DNA of 64,000 bases from Octopus vulgaris. Lineage: Eukaryota. Position numbers and translations under genes: made by a program. The notes beneath the pieces are model-generated. The model did no database searches. It saw only the letters and a program-made list of their open reading frames with translations, and was not told where the DNA came from. Each line of letters opens with the position of its first letter. Position 1 is the stretch's first letter. Below, piece after piece: positions 14,101 to 26,283 of this stretch. The stretch covers positions 94,860,001-94,924,000 of the forward strand of contig OX597823.1 in assembly GCA_951406725.2 (NCBI GenBank), read 5' to 3'.

Positions 14101-15125
14101 CCTCGTCTGGCACCTGTGTCGGTGGCACATAAAATCACCCACTACACTCTCGGAGTGGTTGGCGTTAGGAAGGGCATCCAGCTGTAGAAACACTGCCAGA
14201 TCTGACTGGCCTGGTGCAGCCTTCGGGCTCCCCAGACTCCAGTTGAACCGTCCAACCCATGCTAGCATGGAAAGCGGACGTTAAATGATGATGATGATGA
14301 TTGACATTCTGAGTTCAAATTCTGCAGAGGTTAACTTTGCCTTTCATCCTTTTCGGGTCGATAAATTAAGTACCATTTGCATACTGGGGTCAATCTAATT
14401 GACTGGCCCCCTCCCCCAAAATTTCGAGCCTAGTTCTTAGAGTAGGAAAAAAAAAAATTACTCACTGTGGGTTTGGTTCATGCCGAAAGAAGCAATCTTT
14501 CCGTTTACAGAGTTTACCATAACGACACAGTTTCTTCTTTGGACTAGCTATTTCTTCCTTCTGTTCTGTGCTGTCTTTTTTGATAATCTTAGGAAAAACA
14601 AAAAGAATAGAAAAAAAACCCACATTAAAAATCAAGAAACCTTATTATTTTTTTAAAGTCAAATATCACAGAAATCACAACTATGTTCCAGAAGAACCCC
14701 AATTCACGAATTCTTTCCTGAAGGTCATCCATCACCTGAAAGAGATTTTATGTTAAAAAAATTGCTTGTGAAACTGATTTGCATGTAAAGTGAAGATCCA
14801 GAGTACTTTAACAAGTTGCCTGGTTCCACATTCCACCCCAACTCCAGGTCTTTCCTGGACAGGTTCAGGATTAAGCATTAGCTACATCATTTCACTCACA
14901 CATCTGCAAGAATTTGTAAATGCTATAAAAAAAAGACATTGCTCTCATTCCTCTAATTAATAATAAAATCAAAATCAAAATCAAAATAAAATATAAAATT
15001 CACCAGTCGTAGTAAAGATAATCTGTCAAGGAGAAGGAAATCTCTGAAATAAAAACTGTTCAGCAGGGACTTGTAACCAGTTGATACTATTTTGCAAAGA
15101 AAAAAATTGACTGATTCATACATAC

Positions 15126-15179
<54 letters not shown>

Positions 15180-18100
15180 TCATCATTGTCCTGAAGGCTG
15201 TACCAGGCTCCAATTTGATCTGGTAAGGTTTCGACAGCTGGATGCCCTTCCTAATGCCAATCACCCCGAGAGTGTAGTGGGTTCTTTTTATGTGCCACCA
15301 GCATGAGGGCCATTCAGGTGGTACTGGCATTGACCATGCTTGAATGGTGCTTTTTACATGCCACCAGCACGGGAGCCAGTCAGGTGGCACTAGCATCAAC
15401 CATGGTTGTGTATACATATTATATATATATATATATATGTACACTGCTGCCACCACCACCATTGTCATCATGTAAACTCTGTTTTCTATGCTGGCATATG
15501 TTGGACAGTTTGACAGGAGATGGCAAGGCTGGAGGGTCGCCCCAGGCTCCAACTGTTTGTTTTGGCATGGTTTCCATGGTTGGATGCTTTTCCTAATGCC
15601 AACCACTCGACAGTGTGTGGTGGGTGCTTTTGATGTGCCACCAGCACAACAAGTAGTTTTATGTGGCACCAGTGCAAGTGCCTTTTAGATGGCACCAACC
15701 ACAAATGCTTTACACCATCAACATGGGTGATTTATACATGGCACCAGCATGGGGGCTTTTTTATGTGGAACCAGCACAGGTGACTTTACACGGTGGGATG
15801 AGAGGAGGAGGCGACTCATGCGAACTAAACAAAATTGGAAGGTAACAAACAAGCAAAAAAATATATCAAGAGTGAAAAACTCACCTGTAACTGCGTCTTC
15901 CAGAATTCTATATCACGAGGGTTGTCGAGGCCACAATTTAAGGCAATAATATCTGGAAGAGATTTTATGAGTTTTTTCTGGACCTGTAAAAAGAAGAAAG
16001 GATCACTATCACTATGTATATGTGTGTGTGTGTTAGGGTGTTCTGCATGTGATCATAAAGTTGTGAGTTCAATTCCTGGCAGCATGTTATGTCCTTGAGC
16101 AAGACACTTTATTTCACATTGCTGCTGTCCACTCAACTGGGCAACAATGAGCTGTACTTGTATTCGAAAGGGGCCAGCCTTGTCTCACTCTCTACTAGAG
16201 AACTTTGTTAAGGGTAAGTGTGTCTGTGGGGTACTCAGCCACTTCCCTGTTAATTTCACGAGCAGGTTAGGGTGGCGAGCTGGCAAAAACATTAGTAAGC
16301 TGGGCAAAATGCTTAGTGGTATTTCATCTGTCTTTACATTCTGAGTTCAAACTCTGCCAAGGTCAACTCTGCTAAGGTCAACTCTGCCTTTCATCCTTTT
16401 GGGGTCGATTAAATAAGTACCAGTTACACACTGGGGTTGATGTAATCAACTTAATCCCTTTGTATGTCCTTGTTTGTCCCCTCTATGTTTAGCCCCCTGT
16501 GGGTAATAAAGAAATAAAATTTCACGAGCAGGCCGTTCCTTTGATTGGATCAACTGGAACACTCGTCATCATAACGAACGGAGAGCCAGTTTATTTTTCA
16601 TCTTTGTGTATGTGTGTACACGTTTGTGTATGTGCATGCATGTGTGTGCACGGACTACTCACATGGGTTTGATAACGGCTGCAAACACTGCACCAAGCTT
16701 GCATCACCTGCTCTGATGTTAAACTGTGCAACAAGATGTTAGAGAATGAAATGACTTGAGGAGGTTCATCTGTAAAACAAAACAAAACAAAACAAAAATC
16801 AGTGGTTTGAGGGGGAGTATGCAGAGGGTGGGGTCTTTTTTTATCTTTTGTTTCAGTAATTAGACTGTGGCCATACTGGGGCACCACCATGACATGTTAT
16901 TAGTCGAATAAATTGAGCCAAGTACATTTATTTTTTTAAAACCTGGTACTTAGTCTATTGGTCTCTTTTGCCAAATTGTTAAAACCAGCGTCGCATTACT
17001 GGCATTCGAGCCCCGTTCTAGTAGGGTATTAAGAGCACCATCCGATCGTGATCGTTGCCAGAGCGGCTATCTGGCCTCGGTGCCGGTGGCAAGTAAAAGA
17101 TACCATTCGAGCTTGATCGTTACCAGCATTGCTTTACTGGCACCTGTGCCGGTGGCATGTGTAAAAGATTTGAGTGAGGTCTTTGCCAGTGCTGCCTGAC
17201 TGGCCTCGTGCCGGTGACACGTAAAAGCACCCACTATACTCTCGGACTGGTTGGCATTAGGAAGGGCATCCAGCTTTAGAAACTCTGCCAGATCAAGATT
17301 GAAGCCCGGTGCAGCCATCTGGTTCACCAGCCCTCAGTCAAAATCGTCCAACCCATGCTAGCATGGAAAGTGGACGTTAAATGATGATGATGATGATGGA
17401 CATAAACAAACACCAGTTGTCGAATGGTGGGTGGGGACAAACACACAAAGGCGTACACATGAATATATATATGACAGGCTTTTTACAGTTTCCATCTACC
17501 AAATCCACTCACAAGGCTTTGGTCAGCTTGAAGCTATAGCAGGCAACACTTGACCAAGGTGCCACACAGTGGGGCTGAGTCTGCAACCATGGGGCAGAAG
17601 AGAGTGGTGGAGGGACGACATTGGAATACACTGGAGAAGAGGGGAAGGAGGAGGAGCAGAATACACTCACACAACAGATTCTTATCTATGTTTATGTTTG
17701 ATTAAACGAGATTATCTATGTAGTCAGTAGACAAAACCTCCCTTCTTGAAAGTTGTATTTAGAAGCTAAAAAAAAAACATGCAAGGGAGATAACTCCTAT
17801 AAAATAAACTGAACATTTTGGCAAAGTAATGGATATTTTCCAGTCTTATTGCATCTCCTCAGGTAAGAATATTTTATATAGTCAGCAAGACTTTGAAGTA
17901 ATTTATATATAACACACACACATATATATATAGAGAGAGAGACGGACAGGACATTGTCAAGGGCATTGAAGTCTCCTTTGTTCTCGTGATGGCGTTTGAG
18001 GAGGTGTTGAAGGGCTGTTGATGCTTGTCTTGTAACTTATATAACACCAGATTGTAAAGACTATGTAACACAACGGATGTATACCCTGAGGGTTGTAACA

Positions 18101-20379
18101 TACATAACACCAAGTTGTAACACAGCAGGTGTGTAACTTAAGATTGTAACTTATCTAACACCAAATTTGTAATTTGGGAGCTGAAAGTTGTGTAACACCA
18201 CCAGACAGCAACACCTGGTTACACACTGGATGTGTAACCATGGTGATGTAATTTATGCAGGACATCATCTGCATCATTCAATGTCCATTTTTCATGCTGG
18301 CATGGGTTGGATGGTTTGACGGGAGCTGGTAAGGCAAGGGGCCGCACCAATCACCATTGTCTGTTTTGGATTGGTTCCCACAGTTAGATACTTTTCGTAG
18401 TACCAATATAAGACAGTAAGTTGAAGAACTGATTTGCTGAGATTATTCATGTAAATGTTGTTGCTGAAGCCATCATCTATTCTGTGGTGAGGGTGGTGGT
18501 TGTGATGCACGATGGCCCCATGTTGGGATGTGTGAGTTAGTGATGTTGAAGACAGGGATCTGACTGATACAACTATTTTGGTGTGGTTTTTGTGGTTTTG
18601 GTGTGGGTGGAATTTAGGGTCAGGATTCTACTTGATTTCCAAAATCTGGAGACTTTGACAATGTCAATATGAGTGGTTTAAGTTGGTAGGGGCAGTGATT
18701 CCCTCAGGCCCTGTGTGGTTTAGGCATTGGTTTGTATATCTAACGCAGATGAACCGTTTAGCATCCAGATTACTTTATCAAATATTCATCATCATCGTTT
18801 AACGTCCGTTTTCCATGCTAGCATGGGTTGGACGGTTCGACTGGGGTCTGGGAAGCCAGGAGGCTGCACCAGGCTTCAGTCTGATCTGGCAGTGTTTCTA
18901 CAGCTGGATGCCCTTCCTAATGCCAACCACTCTGTGAGTGTAGTGGGTGTTTTTTACGTGCCACCGGCACAGGTGCCAGGCGGGGCTGGCAATGGCCACA
19001 ATTGGTTGGTGCTTTTTACGTGCCACCGACAATGAAGCTAGTCAAGAAGGCGCTGGCATCAAATATTAGGTCTGTTTATTCAGATTGTTTTAAATTAATC
19101 ATGCATTATCTCGTAGCATTGAAATTTTGATGTGATTGTTTATTTTTCAGAATGACATTGTAGGGTAGGTATGAGAGACCAGATCTTCCCCGTTTGAACA
19201 TAGAACACATATGGTGTTTGGGCTTAATATGGGTGGTTTAAATGCTAAACGATTAAGTTATGAAAGGGGCTACACAGAAGAAATAGAAAATAACAGAAGT
19301 AAGATGGAAAAGTATAACAGGAAACAACAGAAAAAAAAAATAAAGGATAGCAAAAAAGGAAGCAAAATAAGATCTGTAGATGAGAGAAGATTAAAGATAT
19401 ATGACTGACCTGTGTTTGATGATGGATATGATAAGTTGGTGAGGGTAGGATAAGAGGTTCTGTGAGTCTCATGGCCACAACGACATCGTAGAAGTGTTTC
19501 CATCTCAATTCCAAACAGCTGACTTACTATAGAAACTTCTGGCTCAGATTTGGGTGGACTAAGAAAGAAAGGACAATAAATATCAACATCACTTCAGTAT
19601 CATCATCATCATCATTATTATAATTATATTAATGCGAATTTTTCCATAGATGCATTGAGGTTTTTTTTTTTGTACAAGTGGATGCCCTTCCTGTCACCAG
19701 CCTTCTTCCATTTCCAAGGCAACATTTCTCTGTGGCCAGATATGTTTCCACAGAAAATTGGAAATGAAGGACACTGTATATGACATGGGGAATACACTCA
19801 TTCACAACTATCATGCTACGTCAAACCAAGGACACACCGACACCCCTATCCCACTCTCTCCCAATATGTGCATGTGTGTGGATGTGTGCGTATATATATA
19901 TATATATATATATATATACTAGGCTGTATGGTAAGAAGTTTGTTTGCCAACAACATGGCTCTGAGTTCAGTCTCATTGCATGGCACCTTGAGTAAATGTC
20001 TTCTACTATAGCCCTGGGCCAACCAAAGCCTTGTAGGTGGATTTGGTAGATGGATACTGAAAGAAGCCTGTCATATATATATGTGTGTGTGCATATATAT
20101 ATATGTGCACATATGTGTATCAACCCATGCTAGCATGGAAAGCGGACGTTAAACGATGATGATGATGATATATATGTGCATCATCATTTAACGTCCGTTT
20201 TCCATGCTAGCATGGGCTGGATGGTTCAACTGGGGTCTGGGAAGCCAGAAGGCTGCGTCAGGCCCAGTCTGATCTGGCAGTGTTTCTACGGCTGGATGCC
20301 CTTCCTAATGCCAACCACTCTGTGAGTGTAGTGGGTGCTTTTTACGTGCTACCTGCACAGCGTACCACTTATCTATCTA

Positions 20380-20420
<41 letters not shown>

Positions 20421-23400
20421 CACACACATACACCACTTGACAAATAGTGTTGGTGTGTTTACAACCTCATAACTTAGTAGTTGGGCAAAAAGAGACCAAC
20501 AGAGTAAGGACAAGGTGTGAAAGACAAAATAAGTATTGGGGTCAATTAGTTTGACTAAAACTTCTTGAAGGCAGTGCTGCCCCAGCATGGCTGCAATCTA
20601 ATCACTGAAACAAGTAAAAAGATTTAAAAAATACATAAAGCTAGTGTGTTATATATTTATATCCCTGTCATCCATGAGATCCTAACATAGGCTTGAAACT
20701 AGACTGGCTGATCCCTCTTTTCCCATCCATGAAGATTTTGTGATACTGAACATACAGGCAAGTTACAGTCATCTACACACACACACAGAGCTAGTTAAAA
20801 ATCTATAGAAACTCCTTGTAGTATAACAGTAATTTTACTTTGGGACCAAGGCACAGACGTGGTTCTGCAGTTGAGGTTCACTTCAAAATCATGTGGTTCA
20901 TGGTTCATACCCACCACAAGACACTGTTGGCTGGTATTGTCTATCAGGGCCATGGGTTGACCAATGTGAATATCATCATCATTTAACGTCCATTTACCAG
21001 GCTGGCATGGGTTGGACAGTTTGACAGGAGCTGGCAAGACTGGAGAGCTGCCCCAGTTTCCAATTGTCTGTTTTGGCATGGTTTTCTATGGTAGGATGGC
21101 CTTCCTAATGTCAACCACTTTACAGAGTGTAACTGGGTGCTGTTTATATGACACCAGCATGCAAGCATTTCACGTGGGACCAGTACGAGTGCCCTTCATG
21201 TGGTGCTGGAATGGGTGCATTTTATATGGTGAGCTCACAAGAAAAGATAAATGGAAACTGTAAGAAGCCCAAGATGTGCACATAAACATGTATGTGTGAG
21301 TATGAGAGTGTCTGTGAGATTTGTTTGAGTATGTGTCTATGCAAGCATATCCACAGATGCCTGTGCGTGGGACTTCTTACTCTTGTCTTGATGTCTATGC
21401 ACCAATAAAAAAAAAGAACAAAGTGGTGTTGAGTCAAGTGAAGTCATTGTTGTGGCCAATGACAGTACCGCCTACTTGGCACTCGCACCGAGGGGACGTT
21501 AAAAGCACCATTCAAGCATGGTCGATGCCAGTACTGCCTGACTGGCCCTCAAACTGGTGACATGTAAAAAGCACCATTCAAGTGTGATCAGTGCTGCCTG
21601 ACTGGCTCTCGTGACGGTGGCACGTAAAAAGCACCATACAAGCTTGGTTGATGCCAGTACTGCCTGACTGGCCCTTGTGCTGGTGGCACGTAAAAAGCAC
21701 CCACTACACTCTCGAAGTGGTTGGCGTTAGGAAGGGCATCCAGCTGTAGAAACTTTGCTAGATCAGACTGGAGCCTGGTGCAGCCTCCTGGCTTGCCAGT
21801 CATCAAATTGTCCAACCCATGCCAGCATGGAAAGCAGACGTTAAACGATGACGATGAATCTTCCATGAAAACATGTCCGACTATTGATCTGTTTGTTATT
21901 GAAAAGATAAGGGGAAATATTCCATTGTTTGGAAACAGGTGACACTTGTGGACAGGATAAATCAGCCTCATTAAGTTTCTGTGAGACCCATAACAGCAGA
22001 GAAAAATAATGATGATGGTATATATTTTGCAGTGTCCTTCCTTCAAATTCGACTGGCCATAAAATATTGGTCACTCCAAGATGTCATACAATGGAATCGC
22101 ATTGCTGTGAAGTGAAATTCCTGCCTTTCAATGCTCCAGAACTGATAAAATAAAATACCAGTCAACTACTGGGGTCAATGGTACCAGGTGACCCCTTCTC
22201 TCAAGATTGTTAACCCTGTGTTTATTAGTTGAGGACTTGGGTTTGTTCTTGTACTTGGTAGAATTTATGTGGGTAGTGGGTTGTTATTAAGGCAGTGGCT
22301 GGCTGGTAGAATAGTTAGCATGTAAGGTAAAATGCTTAGTAGCATTTCACCTGTCTTTACATCCAGAGTTCAAATTCTGCAAGGTCTACTTTGCCTTTCA
22401 TCCTTTTGGGGTCGATGTAATCAACTAATCTCCTCTCCCCAATAAATATCAAATGGAAATTGTAGTTGTGATACCTGTGCCGGTGGCATGTAAAAAGCAA
22501 CATCCCGAACGTGGCCGATGCCAGCGCCGCCTTGTTGGCTTCTGTGCCGATGGCACGTAAAAAGCACCAACCAATCGTGGTTGCTGCCAGCCTCCCCTGG
22601 CACGTAAAAAGCACCCACTACACTCGCGGAGTGGTTGGCGTTAGGAAGGGCATCCAGCTGTAGAAACACTGCTAGATCAGACTGGAGCCTGGTGCAGCCT
22701 CCTGGCTTCCAAGACCCTGGTTGAACCGTCCAACCCGTGCTAGCACGGAAAACAGACGTTAAACGATGATGATGATGTGCCAAAATCACAAACAATTGAT
22801 ATTATTCTAATGTTTATCCTTTACCTTTCTGGAACAGCTTCACTGCTTTGATCTAAGATATTTGCACCTGGTGGAATGTTCTCCTGTATAGGGCAGGGTT
22901 CTGTGTAGACAGGTATGGAGTAATAATCTGCTATTTCCTGCTGGCAACCTTCAACAGGAATGGCACCTTCAGGTATGGCATTCTGGTAGATTGTGCCTCG
23001 AACACAGTATTCCTGAAATTTAGATATTTACAGAGGTTTCAGTAAATTGTGATGGCAACAAGGGTAGAATGGCTGGACTGGTTGAGAATTTGATGGAATC
23101 AGTTCTTTAAATGAGAGAGAGAGAGAGACAGACAGAGAGAGGGAGAGAGAGAGAGAAAGAGAGTTTGAATAAGTAGAAATGATGAGTTAAATCAGGATAG
23201 CTAAGTATGTACAACGACCTGTTAATGGGTTGAATGTGGGACTGAAGAAGTAGCAATAACTCCTGAAATATGAATATACACCCATTTTCTATTTTACTAT
23301 CTTTGACCAGATTGTTTCCACAGACACATTCGTAATAAGAAATGTCATAACTTTCAGTGCTGGCTCTAATTTCTGAAGAAAATCTGTAGAGATACACTTT

Positions 23401-25950
23401 AAAAAGAAGACTGAATTGCACTGCTAACACAGGTAGGATTTATAAACCTTTAAAATATACTTGGGAGTATATAGTGGTTGTTAAACGAAATACAGTGTCC
23501 CTACCAGCAATTTATATATATATATATATACATATCTTTTACATTTTACTTGTCTCAGGCGTTAGACTGCGGCCATGCTGGGGCACCACCTCGAAGAATT
23601 TTTAGTCAAATGAATTGACTCAGCACGGTACTTATTACCTCAGTCTCTTTGGTCAAACTGCTAAGTCATATTTATGTAAACACACCAACACCAGTTGTCA
23701 AGTGGTGGTGTGAGACAAACATACACAGATACAGATATAGATATATATATATAGGTTGGTAGAGTTAGCATTTGGAATAACTGTCTAAGGGATAAGAATA
23801 TCAGTTTTTATTACTGGTATAAATTACCTATGCTAACCCTGGGCATGGATATGCAAGCATACTACGCTCACTGGATACATGCAATAACAGAATAAACAAG
23901 AGTTTTATCAGGAATCAAATTTAAATTAAGGAGAAAATTCTTGATCAACAAACAAATTGACTCCCATCGGTTATTATTTTTTTTTATACAAAACTTAACA
24001 TTTCTAACAGCTGTTTCTACTTCCAATGTCAGTCAGCGCTACCGAAGAAAATTCTGAGAATAATATTTGTCATCTCTTTTAGCACATCCGATCTGGTACA
24101 GAGTGAAGAAAAATACATAAGATAGAAGAGGGAAGAAGGCTTAATATAGAAGCATCATACCATTTTGCAGTGTAAAGCTTGAAGTCGATGAGCAAATGAC
24201 TAAACTAGAAAAATAATTGGTGGGTTAATCTTTCTTTAGGGGTACCAAGGTGTATAAATGATATATTGATTAGTATTATTTACGAAATATTCTTTTTCTA
24301 GACCTATTGGCGAATCTCATATTAAAGTACTGTTTTATTTTGCCATTATCTTTCTAGTTTAGTCATTTGCTCATTGACTTCAAACTTTACACTGTAAAAT
24401 GGTGTGATTCAAATATATTAAGCCTTCTTTCCTCATCTCAAGGCCCTTTTCTTTCCTCTTCTCTTCTTTTATTTTATGCATTTGTCTTCACTCTGATCAA
24501 GCTCCATGTACCAGATCGGATGTGCCATAGAATATGACAAATATTATTCTCAGAATTTTCTTTGGCAGCACTGACTGACATTGGAAACAGAAACAGCTGT
24601 TAAAAATGTTAAGTCTTGTATAAAAAAAAAATAACCAATGGTAGTCAATTTGTTGATCAAGAATTTTCTTCATTTTGTATTTAATTTATATATCAGGAGT
24701 GGCTGTGTGGTAAGCAGCTTGCTTACCAACCAGATGGTTCCAGGTTCAGTCCCATTGCATGGCACCTTGGGTCTTCTTAAAGTTAAAAGACTTTTCCATT
24801 TTTCCTAAATGTCAAACTAATACACTCGCTTGTTCCTACACCTGTCTTTGTCTTTCTATAAACCTAAACTACCATATTTTAACGTGTATAAGGAACCATT
24901 TTTGGTCAAAAATTAGGTTAAAAAATATGGGTGTTTTTTATAAATGAATAATATTATAGATATTAATAAATTACTTAATTCCTCAAACCTCCAAATTAGG
25001 GGTTTTCTTATACACATTAAAATACTATATATATATATATATATATATTCTTTTATTTGTTTTAGTCATTTGACTGCGGTCATGCTGGGGCACCGCCTTT
25101 ATACACAAACACACACACAACTGGCTTCTTTCAGTTTCCACCTACTAAACTCATTCACAAGATTTTAATCCTCCTAGGGTTACATTAGAAGTCACCTGCA
25201 ACTCGGTGGTATTGAACCAGGAATCACATTTTAGAAAAGGCATCCAGCCATAGAAACTATGCCAAAGCAGATATCAGCACTCAGAGCAGCTCCCTGGTTC
25301 ACTGGTTTTCATACCAACATGGAATATGGGCAGTCAACAATGATGAGGATGAGGAAGGTTGTGGGGAACATCCATGTGCAAATGTGCATGCATGTATGCT
25401 GATGTATGTATAAATAAATGCATGCTTGTGTAAGATGTATAAATACATAAAGCACTGGTGACGATGCCACTTAAAAAAAGGACCCAGAACACTCAGTGGT
25501 TGGTGTTAGGAAAGGCATTCCAGCTGTGGAAACCATGCTATGGTGGACAATGGAACCTGGTGCAGCACCTAGCCTTACCGGTTCCTGTCAAACTGTCCAA
25601 CCCATGCCAGCATGGAAAAACAGACATTAGAGGATGATGATATGCATATATGTGAATGCACATATACATTTACCAATGTGAGGAGTGTGCATAGATATAT
25701 GTATGTATATACACACACACATATATATATATATTTTCTATTCTACTCTAGGCACAAGGCCCAAAATTTTTGGGGATGGGGCTAGTCGATTAGATTGACC
25801 CCAGTACGTAACTGCTACTTAATTTACCCATCCTGAAAGGATGAAAGGCAAAGTCGACCTTGGCAGAATTTGAACTGAGAACGTAAAGACAGACAAAATA
25901 TTGCTAAGCATTTCATCCAGTGTGCTAACATTTCTGCCAACTTGCCACTT

Positions 25951-26028
<78 letters not shown>

Positions 26029-26237
26029 TAAAAAGAATTCCAACCTTGTCTGATTTTCACGTTTTATTTACAATCTTATAATGATATATTATAAGATAAT
26101 ATATTATAATTGAATAAAATAAAATGAAATAGTAGAATGTTAAATATTCATTCTGATTGAACTAGTACTTTCATGCATTGAATTCTGCAATCTTCGGGTT
26201 CATGTAGTAGTGTTGACAGTCATGCTTCACAATTTTT

Positions 26238-26283
<46 letters not shown>

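Noticed and set aside
13356-14284. Recurring ORFs with [12 protein letters not shown] / CHRHRCQ / [10 protein letters not shown] motifs at many loci, suggesting a peptide family
   Set aside because: They are readings of the non-coding RTE 3'UTR repeat; frames and stops differ between copies
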